In this document: in pieces, positions 30,180 to 40,457 of the stretch
Numbering within the stretch: position 1 is the first letter of the stretch
Layout of the letters: every line of letters starts with the position of its first letter
Source: Phormidesmis sp.
GTDB taxonomy: Bacteria > Cyanobacteriota > Cyanobacteriia > Leptolyngbyales > Leptolyngbyaceae
Assembly: GCA_965248535.1 (NCBI GenBank)
Contig: CBDFJR010000002.1
Span: 2,016,001-2,080,000, forward strand
Direction: 5' to 3'
DNA: 64,000 bases
The notes under the pieces: generated by a model
Told to the model about the DNA's origin: nothing
What the model saw: only the letters and a program-made list of their open reading frames with translations
Databases searched by the model: none
Position numbers and translations under genes: made by a program

Positions 30180-31130
30180 CTACGTTAAACGGTCGTGGAC
30201 AAGGAATGATGATGGCAAAAAAGACCCAACATAGCGACGAATCGCGCCGACATAAAACCGGAGTGCGGTTAGAATCTCGCCTTTCCTCAGATGTCGATTG
30301 CCTGCACAAAAACCAGCGTGTGGAATCACCCGACCTTCGCGGAAGCGCCACGCCGACTGAACTAGGGCTTTTTGCTCAGAGGTAAGGCTCTCTAGGTTGA
30401 GCCACTTTTGATAGAGTTTTTGCTGCTGTCGATCGTGCTTTTGGGTGTCGGTCGTAGACTGGCGATCGTGTCGTCGATGTTTGACGAGGGTGTGTGGTAA
30501 AAAGTGAATCTGGCTATGCAGGGCAATGTGCAAAACCAGGTCAGTGTCTTCAAAAGGTTGACCAAAGGCTTCATCCCAGCCAGGGGTTTGATGGTAAACC
30601 ACTCGACGGATCACTGAAACAGAAGGCAGAACGACAGCCGGAACAAAAACACTAATGAACGGGGTAATGGGAGATTTATCGGTCAACTCACGCGCTCTCA
30701 AACGAGAAGGAATATATCGCGGAAAATTGGGAGTTGCGATCGCTGTATCTTGTTCATTAATGCAGGTGTATTGGCAGTAAGCAAGCCCGACTTCTGGATG
30801 TTGATCTAAATAGTCAACTAATACAGACAACATTTCTGGATCAAGACAGTCGTCTGCATCGAGAAAAAATAAATACTCACTCTCGATTGCTAAAGCATTC
30901 ACGCCAGCATTACGAGCGCTGGCAACGCCTCGATTAGATTGCTGAATCAATTGGAGGCGGCGATCGCTAGACAGATAGGAGCGAACTGCATCCGCAGAGC
31001 CGTCTTTGCTGCCGTCATCAACAACAATGTGTTCCCAATCGGTGAAGGTTTGAGCACGCACACTCTCGATCGTTTTGCCAATATAGCGATCGCAGTTATA
31101 GCAGGGCGTGATAATGCTAACTTTTGGCAT
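30180..31130 (-). CDS. Glycosyltransferase family 2
   Basis: VSIITPCYN, VDDGSKD and FLDADD motifs. Confidence 0.9.
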   Translation of the reverse strand: MPKVSIITPCYNCDRYIGKTIESVRAQTFTDWEHIVVDDGSKDGSADAVRSYLSSDRRLQLIQQSNRGVASARNAGVNALAIESEYLFFLDADDCLDPEMLSVLVDYLDQHPEVGLAYCQYTCINEQDTAIATPNFPRYIPSRLRARELTDKSPITPFISVFVPAVVLPSVSVIRRVVYHQTPGWDEAFGQPFEDTDLVLHIALHSQIHFLPHTLVKHRRHDRQSTTDTQKHDRQQQKLYQKWLNLESLTSEQKALVQSAWRFREGRVIPHAGFCAGNRHLRKGEILTALRFYVGAIRRYVGSFLPSSFLVHDRLT

Positions 31131-32121
31131 AATGCTTCCTGTTGAGCAGGTTTTTTAGATAGATCTTTAAAGCAGGCAGATCACAGGCTAAAGGATCTGT
31201 TTGCAGCATTTTGTGAAAATAGGACATTGACGTAGCACGATCGCCATACCAGAAGTAATGTTCGCTAGCAAATCGTCGATAGCAGTATGCAACTGCACGC
31301 TTCACAACAGTACTGTTGTGTGTCTTCAAAATTTTCTGGTGAATTCGTTCCATATCGCTATCAAACCGACTTCTAGCAGACTGAGTTTTAGATAGATCGT
31401 GAAGTCGATATTTAGAGAAAACCATTGGAATAGACTGTATCTCGGTACCTTCTAACAATAATCTGACCCAATATTCATAGTCAAAAGCGTACTGAAACTG
31501 TTCATCAAGTAACCCATGGTCTTTAAAGACTTGAGTATTCAGAAAACATGAAGGCTGAGGCACAAGGTTTTCAGCAATCACCCTTGAGACGTTAAGGTTT
31601 TGGACATAGTTCCAATCAAATAGAAATTGACCGTCGGCATCTACAAACTCAGATTTTCCATAGCAAATGCTAAACGGCTGTGCTTGGAAGGTTTGAGCGA
31701 TCGTGCTCAACACGTTAGGGGTATAGATATCATCTGAGTTTAACCAGGTGAAGATGTCTCCGGTGACATGGCTCAACCCTCTGTTAATCGCATCTGTTTG
31801 ACCGCGATCGCGTTCGCTGACCCAATAGGTTAGAAATGACTCGTATTTTTTGATAATCTCGACAGATTCATCGGTGCTGCCACCATCCATAATGATGTAT
31901 TCGAGATTGGGGTAGCCTTGCAAAAGCACTGATCGAATGGTTTCTTCAAGAAAAACTCCCTGGTTATAGGAGGGAGTCACAATGCTAATGCGAGGATATT
32001 CAGAGCCGTCTGGCAAGCGATCGGGCAATGGCTGACTTTGCTCAGTCCACGGAAACCCTGTCTTACCGTCTGGGGGAGAAGGCAAATCGGCAAGCGTCAA
32101 AGCAGACTGAAGAATAGGCAT
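31117..32121 (-). CDS. Glycosyltransferase family 2 (WcaE-like)
   Basis: SIVTPSYNQ, DGGSTD, GQTDAINRG and WLNSDD motifs. Confidence 0.9.
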   Translation of the reverse strand: MPILQSALTLADLPSPPDGKTGFPWTEQSQPLPDRLPDGSEYPRISIVTPSYNQGVFLEETIRSVLLQGYPNLEYIIMDGGSTDESVEIIKKYESFLTYWVSERDRGQTDAINRGLSHVTGDIFTWLNSDDIYTPNVLSTIAQTFQAQPFSICYGKSEFVDADGQFLFDWNYVQNLNVSRVIAENLVPQPSCFLNTQVFKDHGLLDEQFQYAFDYEYWVRLLLEGTEIQSIPMVFSKYRLHDLSKTQSARSRFDSDMERIHQKILKTHNSTVVKRAVAYCYRRFASEHYFWYGDRATSMSYFHKMLQTDPLACDLPALKIYLKNLLNRKHYAKS

Positions 32122-32214
32122 AATGGCGGCTCAAAGATTGAAATGCTTTCATCTCAAGTTGTACTTAACTAATACGGCTTCGACAGGTTAAATCCGTATC
32201 AATCGCTTACATTC

Positions 32215-33309
32215 TCAAAAGAGCGATCGATAGACTGCAAGCGTCTGCTGCGCCGTCTTCTCCCAGCTAAACGCTTTGGCACGCTGGTGTCCTTTTTGAA
32301 TCAGGCGATCGCGCTCAGTCGAAGACTCTAACACCTGCAACAAAATATCTGCTAAATCACCAACAGAGGTCGGATCAAACAAAATTCCAGCATCACCAAC
32401 GACTTCGGGAATGCTAGACGCATTAGAAGCCACCACAACGGACCCACACGCCATCGCTTCAAGTGGTGGAATTCCGAAGCCTTCATACAACGATGGATAG
32501 ACAAATGCCGTGCTGCATCGATAGAGTTTTGCGAGGTGGTTATCGCTGGCGTAGCCGTAATAGTCAATGCGATTAGTCAATTTTAATTCAGCAATTTGTC
32601 TTTGTTCACTCTCATTAAAAGGCGGTCCAACCACACATAGTAAAATATCATCATCAACGCTAGCAGCTTTAGAAAAAGCTACTAGGAGTGTATCGAAGTT
32701 TTTGTATTCTTTACTGCGGCTACCGACGTGGAGAAAGTAGGGTTGTGATGGTACTGATTCTTCGCCATAAGCTTGTTCCTGACTGAGTTCGGACGCTTCA
32801 TATATAACTACGGTTTTGTCCTCTACTTCTGGATAAATTTTGAGTAGATCACTTTTGGTATTTTCCGAAACACAGATTAGTCTATGAGCGGCATGAATAG
32901 CATCCTTTTTCGCGCGGGTTGTATATCCTTTGGGATCTATACTGTCTGCTAGCAGTTCATGAATCATGTCATGAACTGTGATGACAAGAGAGCCATTGCT
33001 ATTTGAGAAGGGTCTGTCGGTAAGTTGAAGATAGTAAGTAGGATGCTGCACATCAAAGCGATGCAATGCTGGAATCGCCCGAAAATAATGCTTTTCGAGC
33101 GGGTCAGAAACGCGTCTAGGTTTCATCCCACGGGGATAGGTAAAGGTTTTTAGACGGGGGTGAGTTGGCGCATTGACTTGAATAGACCGACAGGTTGTGA
33201 GGGTAGGAGTAACGTCGCTCGGCAACTTCTGAATAATGTTCGCGAAATAGCGATTGATTCCGCCTGCTACCTGCATTGAGTAGATATAGCCGTCATAGAG
33301 AATTCGCAT
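32215..33309 (-). CDS. Glycosyltransferase family 4 (mannosyltransferase-like)
   Basis: TVHDMIHE and YPSLYEGFGIPPLEAMACG motifs. Confidence 0.92.
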   Translation of the reverse strand: MRILYDGYIYSMQVAGGINRYFANIIQKLPSDVTPTLTTCRSIQVNAPTHPRLKTFTYPRGMKPRRVSDPLEKHYFRAIPALHRFDVQHPTYYLQLTDRPFSNSNGSLVITVHDMIHELLADSIDPKGYTTRAKKDAIHAAHRLICVSENTKSDLLKIYPEVEDKTVVIYEASELSQEQAYGEESVPSQPYFLHVGSRSKEYKNFDTLLVAFSKAASVDDDILLCVVGPPFNESEQRQIAELKLTNRIDYYGYASDNHLAKLYRCSTAFVYPSLYEGFGIPPLEAMACGSVVVASNASSIPEVVGDAGILFDPTSVGDLADILLQVLESSTERDRLIQKGHQRAKAFSWEKTAQQTLAVYRSLF

Positions 33310-33317
33310 TGTTCGCC

Positions 33318-34172
33318 TTACTTCTTTGCAAGGAAGGAATACAATCTACCCGGAGCAGTGCAGGACTGTGAAAGCCGCTTTCGATAGAACATTTCGATCT
33401 GGGGAATTTGAACTAAACGACCCGCGATCGTACTTCCTACTTTCTGCTGCATTCGCTCTACAATCTGGTTTTGAACCTCAGCATTAGAAGTAGGGAAATG
33501 ATTGATCGCATTCTCGAAAGGCGCGATCGTGCGAATCTCTTTAAATCCAGCTTGTGCGATCGCAGCAAGATAGGTATCTACAGGATAAGCGTTTTCTCCA
33601 CCATGCAATTGATGCAGAATATGGTGATCAAAAAATTCCTGAAGTTGGGTTTCGTCGTCGATCACATGTTCACGAGTGGCTAAAAGCAGTCCTTCTGGTT
33701 TCAGTACTCGAAAGCATTCCGACAATCCACGCTGTAGGTCAGAGAAATGATGCAATGCTTGGCGTTCGTAGACTACATCAAAGGTTGAATCTGAAAAAGG
33801 TAGCGACTCAGCAAACGCTTGAAATGTCTCGATCGATCCGCTTTCGATTGTAGAACTGAGTCTTTTAGCGGCTTCAAGCCCCACATCGCCACTTAGATCG
33901 GGGTCTACAGCAAATATATGATGCCCTAAAGCAGCAAACGCATAAGAAACGATCCCGTTTCCGCAACCCAAATCAAGGATATTTTTCGGTTTAGGCGATG
34001 AATTCAGTCTCAAAAGTGTCACGATTTCAGAAAACTCTTCACTTGCCTCAAATCGCTTCGCAGCAACCAGATTATCTTCATCTAAATAACAAAGCTTAAC
34101 GAATTCTTCTTGTCCTGGCTGATTTCGCATCCAATTAACAGATTCTTCATAGCTAACTAGTTCTCGGTTCAT
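33318..34172 (-). CDS. Class I SAM-dependent methyltransferase
   Basis: ILDLGCGNG motif I; AESLPFSDSTFDVV; RVLKPEG. Confidence 0.9.
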   Translation of the reverse strand: MNRELVSYEESVNWMRNQPGQEEFVKLCYLDEDNLVAAKRFEASEEFSEIVTLLRLNSSPKPKNILDLGCGNGIVSYAFAALGHHIFAVDPDLSGDVGLEAAKRLSSTIESGSIETFQAFAESLPFSDSTFDVVYERQALHHFSDLQRGLSECFRVLKPEGLLLATREHVIDDETQLQEFFDHHILHQLHGGENAYPVDTYLAAIAQAGFKEIRTIAPFENAINHFPTSNAEVQNQIVERMQQKVGSTIAGRLVQIPQIEMFYRKRLSQSCTAPGRLYSFLAKK

Positions 34173-34221
34173 AAGTAGTCTCCTCTATCATTTGCAACTA
34201 TCATTAATGAGCGCTATTGAT

Positions 34222-35502
34222 TTAGACTGGGACTGCACATTTTTCGACCCAAGGTAAATCAGCCATGACCAGTCCAATCTCATGATGCTTTTGATATTTT
34301 GCTAACTTAGTTCCAGTTTCATTGATCATAAATCCAATGATTTTCTCATGAACATCGTATAGCTGAACCATCGGCTCATGGGCAGCGATCGACACCACAT
34401 AGGAACCTGGCATCAAAAACATTCCTGGAACTTGGACAGACGCTTTGTAAGTCCCAACATCGCGCTTTTGTAAGCAACCGGGGCTAAGGTCTGACTGAAG
34501 TGACGTAAAAACTGCTCGACCATCCTGGGTCTCAATCCGAACAGATAGCTCTAGATTTTGAATAGGTGCTTTAATCTCATAGCTCAGATCTAGAGAAAAT
34601 GGGTAGCGAACATCTAGCTCAGAAGAGTAGTTTCCATCGTGCCCGACCAGAGAAATTTCTTTAAAGAATATTGACTTTTTCTGAATACTTTCAGCCTGGG
34701 TGTGAAGCTTAACACAAGCCGATTTGCTAACATCAGACAGAAGATAATTAGAGACAATTTCATTAGTAGAACCTGTACTGACAATCTGACCTTTTTTAAG
34801 ATAAATTGCCTTTGTGCACAACTGAGTAATCGTGCCAATGTTGTGGCTCACAAAGATAACAGTTCTTCCTTCTCGACCAACCTCCTCCATTTTTCCCAAA
34901 CACTTCTGCTGAAATTGGGCATCACCCACTGCTAATACTTCATCTACAATCAAAACTTCTGGCTCTAAGTGAGCAGCCACCGCAAAAGCAAGACGCACAT
35001 ACATACCAGAAGAGTAGCGTTTTACGGGTGTATCTAAAAATCTCTCAACCTCTGCAAACGCCACAATCTCATCAAACTTTCGGGTAATTTCTACTTTACT
35101 CATACCCAGAATTGCACCATTGAGAAAGATATTTTCTCGCCCGGTTAACTCTGGGTGAAACCCCGTCCCCACTTCTAATAAACTAGCGACTCGTCCTTTG
35201 ATGCGAATGGAGCCATTAGTTGGTTCTGTGATTCGGCTTAAAACTTTTAGAAGGGTTGATTTGCCTGCGCCATTACGACCGATAATGCCCACCCGATCGC
35301 CCTGCTTAATCTCAAACGAGACATCTTTTAGCGCCCAAAACTCTTCTTGAGCAGCGCGGGCTTTAGAGCGACCCTTAAACAAAGATCCAACGCCGTTAGC
35401 GATCGTCTCTCGCAGTGACTTATAGCTGCTGCTGCCTTCTTGCTGATGACCCAGAATATATTTCTTACTCAGGTTTTCAACTTGAATGATGGTGTCAGAC
35501 AT
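34222..35502 (-). CDS. wzt: Polysaccharide ABC transporter ATPase with C-terminal carbohydrate-binding domain
   Basis: Walker A GRNGAGKST, YSSGM signature and VDEVLAVGD; ~170-aa C-terminal extension. Confidence 0.93.
   Translation of the reverse strand: MSDTIIQVENLSKKYILGHQQEGSSSYKSLRETIANGVGSLFKGRSKARAAQEEFWALKDVSFEIKQGDRVGIIGRNGAGKSTLLKVLSRITEPTNGSIRIKGRVASLLEVGTGFHPELTGRENIFLNGAILGMSKVEITRKFDEIVAFAEVERFLDTPVKRYSSGMYVRLAFAVAAHLEPEVLIVDEVLAVGDAQFQQKCLGKMEEVGREGRTVIFVSHNIGTITQLCTKAIYLKKGQIVSTGSTNEIVSNYLLSDVSKSACVKLHTQAESIQKKSIFFKEISLVGHDGNYSSELDVRYPFSLDLSYEIKAPIQNLELSVRIETQDGRAVFTSLQSDLSPGCLQKRDVGTYKASVQVPGMFLMPGSYVVSIAAHEPMVQLYDVHEKIIGFMINETGTKLAKYQKHHEIGLVMADLPWVEKCAVPV
35467..35483. repeat. 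17-bp direct repeat copy 1 (within wzt 5' end)
   Basis: ACTCAGGTTTTCAACTT, identical to 36374-36390. Confidence 0.8.
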
Positions 35503-35587
35503 TACAACCCCTATCTGTTTCACTACTACCGACTTCAGACACTCTGCGACTAATCAGGACAATAAAAGAGCCATTACTCAAAACACA

Positions 35588-36004
35588 TTAATAGTCTCTT
35601 AAGCCCAACTCAGGCGGCAAAACCTGAATTACAAACTTTACAAATGCTGCTGCCATTTCAAATGCTTGGTCTGCTTCAGATTGTTCTGGAGCCAAAACTT
35701 CACCTGGATAACGAAACTCTGTTGCATAAGGCGTTAATCTAACCGCCATTGCTCTCCATTCACCAAAGTCAGGTTCAAAAGGAATACAAAGTGCTAGTAG
35801 AGAGACTAGATTATGAGTCTTCTGAAAAAGGATATCCTGGTAGGTCAAATACCCCTTGATTGCTTTCTCGGACGCTTGTTGACAGTGATAGACCGAGATA
35901 TCAAGATAAGACTCTTCACTTTCGAGCAGTAGCCGAGCCGCCCCTAAATCTCGTTGGCTTTTGATCAACCACTGGCAAACCTCATCCCGCTTTGCCTCAT
36001 TCAT
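35588..36004 (-). CDS. HEPN domain protein (MNT-HEPN pair)
   Basis: YHCQQASEKAIKG, KTHNL and FRYPG motifs. Confidence 0.9.
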   Translation of the reverse strand: MNEAKRDEVCQWLIKSQRDLGAARLLLESEESYLDISVYHCQQASEKAIKGYLTYQDILFQKTHNLVSLLALCIPFEPDFGEWRAMAVRLTPYATEFRYPGEVLAPEQSEADQAFEMAAAFVKFVIQVLPPELGLRDY

Positions 36005-36320
36005 AAAGCACCCTACCTCTCTCAAGGGCTTGAGAAACTAAAGATGTTGCCACCAGTGACGATTTCTCCACCTCTTGACGTGTTAACACCACAATTTCCG
36101 TTGGAGCCGTCAGCCCCCATAGAGACCCATAAGCCTGACTTGCCCGCCGATGACGCGGCTGATCAGAATCAGAGACAATCACCAAAATATCAATGTCACT
36201 GTCTTCATGAGGTTCACCGTAGGCATGAGAGCCAAACAAAATCACCTTTTCTGGCTGCAAACCCTGCACCAAGCGCTCAACAATTTCTTTGAGAAGCTCT
36301 GTCGATAGATACTTCATCAC
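35997..36320 (-). CDS. Minimal nucleotidyltransferase (MNT) antitoxin-like protein
   Basis: LFGSHAYGEPHEDSDIDI (GSX10DXD); overlaps the HEPN start. Confidence 0.9.
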   Translation of the reverse strand: MMKYLSTELLKEIVERLVQGLQPEKVILFGSHAYGEPHEDSDIDILVIVSDSDQPRHRRASQAYGSLWGLTAPTEIVVLTRQEVEKSSLVATSLVSQALERGRVLYE

Positions 36321-36373
36321 TTTTAGCCTTGACTAATCAACGATCGGGTTCACACGACTAGTTTATTGCCATA

Positions 36374-36390
36374 ACTCAGGTTTTCAACTT
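36374..36390. repeat. 17-bp direct repeat copy 2 (vestigial wzt 5' fragment)
   Basis: Identical to 35467-35483; encodes VENLS on the minus strand. Confidence 0.75.
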
Positions 36391-36425
36391 CGTAGCCGGA
36401 TTTCACGGCTGAAGTTTAACGATCG

Positions 36426-37268
36426 CTAAATCACATCTGCAAACGTCCGCTCTACCTTCCGAAAATACCAGATGCCGCTCATCAAAACCAACCCGACCAG
36501 ACTGACCGACAGCGCAAATCCGGGTAGATAAATCGCCGTCTCCTGTCCCAAAATTGCCCATCGAAACCCATCAATTACCCCCACCATCGGGTTGAGCGAA
36601 TAGAGCAACCGCCACTGCGCTGGCACAACACTGCTGCTAAACCCAACAGGCGAAATATATAGCCCAAACTGCATCACAAACGGCACCACATAGCGAAAGT
36701 CGCGATATTTCACCGTTAATGCTGCAAACCATAGCCCGATCCCGATCGCTGCCGCTGACGCAATCACCACAAACAACGGTAGCGATAAAATTCGCCAACT
36801 GGGAACAAAGTTATACCACGCCATGAGACCCAGCAAAATCATGCCAGAGATCATGAAATCGACAAAGCTGACAACTACAGCACTGATCGGCACAATTAAT
36901 CGAGGAAAGTAAACTTTTGAAATCAGATTAGAATTCCCCACTAAACTGTTGCTGCACTCGCCCATCGCACTCGAAAAAAACTGCCAGGGCAACAGCGCCG
37001 AAAAAATTAAAATGGGATAAGGAACCCCATTGGAAGGCAACTTAGCAATATTGCCAAACACAACCGTAAACACCACCATCGTCAAAAACGGACGAATCAA
37101 CGCCCAGGCAATGCCAATCTCAGTTTGCTTATAGCGCACTAAAATGTCTCGCCAAGACAAAAAATAGAGCAACTCACGATACTTCCACAAATCCCGCCAA
37201 TATTGCTTTTCAGCTTGACCCGCAGCAATCACAATCTCTTTTTGAGCCGACTGTATATTAGGTTGCAT
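36426..37268 (-). CDS. wzm: Polysaccharide ABC transporter permease
   Basis: RDILVRYKQT, LISKVYFPR, YRDFR and LNPM motifs; ends ERTFADVI. Confidence 0.93.
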   Translation of the reverse strand: MQPNIQSAQKEIVIAAGQAEKQYWRDLWKYRELLYFLSWRDILVRYKQTEIGIAWALIRPFLTMVVFTVVFGNIAKLPSNGVPYPILIFSALLPWQFFSSAMGECSNSLVGNSNLISKVYFPRLIVPISAVVVSFVDFMISGMILLGLMAWYNFVPSWRILSLPLFVVIASAAAIGIGLWFAALTVKYRDFRYVVPFVMQFGLYISPVGFSSSVVPAQWRLLYSLNPMVGVIDGFRWAILGQETAIYLPGFALSVSLVGLVLMSGIWYFRKVERTFADVI

Positions 37269-38194
37269 TAATACGCTCCAAACCCTGACAGAACTTTAGG
37301 AATCGTCAACAGCAAAAACTTAAAGTCTTGCCAAAGTGACCAATTTTCTAGATAGCGCAGATCCGTTTGATTAACCTGGCTGAGATCAAGCTGCGTCGAT
37401 CGTCCTTGCACCTGCCACGCTCCCGTGATGCCAGGCAGCGCATTGAGTCGATGCTGCAACTCTGGGCTAATGCGAACGGCATCATAGAGCGCCCAGGGTC
37501 GCGGGCCCACAAAACTCATTTCACCCCGCAAGACATTGATTAGCTGCGGCAGTTCATCAATGCTATATTTTCGCAGCCATCGGCCCAAACGGGTCACCCG
37601 TGGGTCATCTTTGAGCTTGTGCAATCCGCTTTGGTGCTGCATAAGTTGATGATGTAATTGGTCGGCATCCATCACCATCGTGCGAAACTTGAGGATTTGG
37701 AACAGCCGACCGCGCTCACCAACTCGCCACTGCCGAAAGAACAAAGTTCCCGGAGAGTCGTAGCGAATCAGCGCCATGATCAGCAAAAAAACCGGGCTGA
37801 GAATCGTCAACAGCACGGCGGCCGCCACCCGATCGAAGACCCGCTTAAACCCCCAGCAAACCGGACTTTGCATCTGGGGAGACCCGCGCTTAGTGGGCGT
37901 GCGAATAAACACAGGCTTACTCGATTGCAGGCAGGCATCTGCCCAGCGCTTCAGCACCGTCTCACCGATCGTGATATCCAATCTCACGAGATGAATCGGC
38001 GATCGCTGCAAACACTCAACCAACCACGACAGATTATCGAGATGGGGCAACGAGACGGCAGACGGTTGCCCCGATCGCCGCACAATCAACTGCCGAAGCC
38101 GCCAAATCAGACTATAGTGCTCGTCACGATCGAGGGCATTAGAAGCGCGATCTGAAGAAACAGGAAGACTGGATAACATAAGATTAGGTTCCAT
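37268..38194 (-). CDS. hepC: Priming sugar transferase, HepC-like
   Basis: [49 protein letters not shown]; cyanobacterial HepC-type N-terminus (WADAC...KPVF). Confidence 0.85.
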   Translation of the reverse strand: MEPNLMLSSLPVSSDRASNALDRDEHYSLIWRLRQLIVRRSGQPSAVSLPHLDNLSWLVECLQRSPIHLVRLDITIGETVLKRWADACLQSSKPVFIRTPTKRGSPQMQSPVCWGFKRVFDRVAAAVLLTILSPVFLLIMALIRYDSPGTLFFRQWRVGERGRLFQILKFRTMVMDADQLHHQLMQHQSGLHKLKDDPRVTRLGRWLRKYSIDELPQLINVLRGEMSFVGPRPWALYDAVRISPELQHRLNALPGITGAWQVQGRSTQLDLSQVNQTDLRYLENWSLWQDFKFLLLTIPKVLSGFGAY

Positions 38195-38245
38195 CGCTAA
38201 AGGATCGGCAGAGCAGACTTCAGAGCAGATAGACTCAGCCCACCG

Positions 38246-40447
38246 CTAATCTTGAGACGCATAGTAAGTCTCACGCACGGCTGGGCTATTAACCCCGTTG
38301 GCAACGACCCCGATCAAATTCAGTTGGTTGAGCATCTCCATCGATCGCGTCAATTTTGACCGACTCACTTGATTAATGCGCCCCACCAACAGCACCCCGC
38401 TACAGCACGAGGCCGTCAGCATCGCATCCACCATGCCCAGCGCCGGAGGCGCATCGACGATCACCAGATCATAGGTTTGCTCAAAGGTGGCCATCACTTC
38501 TTTCATCCGTTGAGAACTCAAGAGCTTAACCGGGTCAGCCGGGGTCGGCCCCGAAGTCAGCACAGAGATGTTTCCCCGCAGATTGGGGTCTTGAAGCTCA
38601 ATCTGGTGAGGAATCGGACTCTGGCTCACGAGCAGCGTCGATAACCCGTGCTCATTGGGCAAGTTGAGCAACTTGTGCAAATTGGGTCGTCGCAGATCGG
38701 CATCGATTAACAACACGCGCTGATGCAGTCTCGCTGCACTGATCGCCAACCCTACGGCTAACGTCGATTTCCCTTCACCCGCCAGGGTCGAAGTGATGAC
38801 GATCGAGTGCAGTTCGGCGGTGGCGTTGATCAGTTGCAGATTTTGATAGAGCAGATCGAGCGACTCGCGAAACGGTTTCCATTTAGTGAGTTGCGCGATC
38901 GGGGGCAGCAATGCTTGAGATTGTCCCGGCAGCCGCAGGGCTGGTTTCCCGCTCAGTGCCCCCAGCGACAGTTCTGGAATCACCCCCAACAAAGGCACAG
39001 GCGTTTGCTGGTTTAACTCATCAGAGCTATGCACCGCATCGTCACTGGCTTCTCTGGCGACCGCCGCCACACCGCCTAGCAAAATGCCCACCACGAGACC
39101 TAACATCAGATTTTTCTGAAGATCAGGGCCGGTTTTTGCGCCGACTTGGGCTTCTTCAACCACCTGCCACGCAAAGCCACCGCGGGCAATTTCCAGTCCT
39201 AAGTCTTGTTGGGCTTTGAGCAACTGTTTAAGTGTGTCTCGATTCAGTTCAATATCTGGCTTCAACCGTTCATAGCGAGCCAACAGTTGAGGAAATCGCT
39301 GTAGTTCTGCCCGCACCTTTTGTTCGCTGCTCAACAAGCTGAGATATTTCGCTTGAGCCGCCCGCAAGTTGCCCTCTACCTCAACAAATTGAGTGATCAG
39401 CGTTTGGTCAAACCCACCCAGTTGCCCAGTCGATAACAGACTTTCGCCAGAGCCTGTGCTGGTGCTGCCCAACAGACGGCTGGCTTCAAGCTGGAGTTGC
39501 TTTAGCTGCCGCTGACGCTGATCGAGCAAAGGCTGCATATTGAGCGTGTTGTCTTTAAATCGAACTCGCTGCTGCTCGATCGCCAACTCGGTTTTTTGAA
39601 TCTCGTTGAGCACGGTTTGATAGCGCCCTGACTGGTTGAGGCGTGTCGTCAACACGGCCTGCTGGGGAGAGAGATTGACCTTCTGCTGCAAGTCATTGTC
39701 ACGGGTCTGCAATTCTCGAATTTGAATCAGGGTTGCTTGTTGTTCAGTCAGCAAGCGGTTGAGCATCTCAGTTTTTGCGGACACTTCAGCAGATGGCTCG
39801 ATCAGTGCTTGGTCTCGCCGAAAAGTCTCTAGGGCGGCCTCCGCACTTTTGACCTTGCCTTCAACCTGCGGAAGCTGTTTATCAACAAACGACAGCCCTC
39901 GCGCCAGACGATCTTGCTGTTGCTGAAGGTTGAACTGTTGATAGACCGTTTGCACAGCTTTCAGCACTTTTTGAGTCTTGAGCGGGTCGTTGCTGGTGTA
40001 GGTGATGCCAAAGATTTTGGTGTCGGTTTTCTTGGCTCCTGATCCTTGCCCTTGTTGAGCGATCGTCAGCGCCGCTCGAAACGCATTCACGCTGCCGGGG
40101 CTATCGGGGTCAAGCTCAGGATATTCTGTGTGCAATAAAGCCATTGCCTTTTTAAGCAAGTTAGACCCCTGCATCAGCGAGATCTGCGTGGCGTAGTCAA
40201 CATCAACCGTCGAGTCAGTAAAAGACTCAGCCCCGCCCTTCTTGCCCTGGTAGTTTGGCTCAACCAAAAACTGCATCGCACTCACATAGGTCGATTCTTG
40301 CCGAAGCGTGTGGGCAAACGCGATCGCCACCGAAGCCAAGCCCAAGGTCAACACCCACAGATAGCGGCGCTGAAGAATCGCGAACAATTGCCCATATCCA
40401 GGGTCGGTGGTGGTGGGCAGATTTAGCTTAGGTTGAGCGGCTGTCAT
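38246..40447 (-). CDS. wzc: Wzc/GumC polysaccharide co-polymerase with tyrosine kinase domain
   Basis: Two TM helices flanking a coiled coil; Walker A GEGKST, IDADLRRP, DAPP; C-terminal YY. Confidence 0.9.
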   Translation of the reverse strand: MTAAQPKLNLPTTTDPGYGQLFAILQRRYLWVLTLGLASVAIAFAHTLRQESTYVSAMQFLVEPNYQGKKGGAESFTDSTVDVDYATQISLMQGSNLLKKAMALLHTEYPELDPDSPGSVNAFRAALTIAQQGQGSGAKKTDTKIFGITYTSNDPLKTQKVLKAVQTVYQQFNLQQQQDRLARGLSFVDKQLPQVEGKVKSAEAALETFRRDQALIEPSAEVSAKTEMLNRLLTEQQATLIQIRELQTRDNDLQQKVNLSPQQAVLTTRLNQSGRYQTVLNEIQKTELAIEQQRVRFKDNTLNMQPLLDQRQRQLKQLQLEASRLLGSTSTGSGESLLSTGQLGGFDQTLITQFVEVEGNLRAAQAKYLSLLSSEQKVRAELQRFPQLLARYERLKPDIELNRDTLKQLLKAQQDLGLEIARGGFAWQVVEEAQVGAKTGPDLQKNLMLGLVVGILLGGVAAVAREASDDAVHSSDELNQQTPVPLLGVIPELSLGALSGKPALRLPGQSQALLPPIAQLTKWKPFRESLDLLYQNLQLINATAELHSIVITSTLAGEGKSTLAVGLAISAARLHQRVLLIDADLRRPNLHKLLNLPNEHGLSTLLVSQSPIPHQIELQDPNLRGNISVLTSGPTPADPVKLLSSQRMKEVMATFEQTYDLVIVDAPPALGMVDAMLTASCCSGVLLVGRINQVSRSKLTRSMEMLNQLNLIGVVANGVNSPAVRETYYASQD

Positions 40448-40457
40448 GGAGTTCTAC

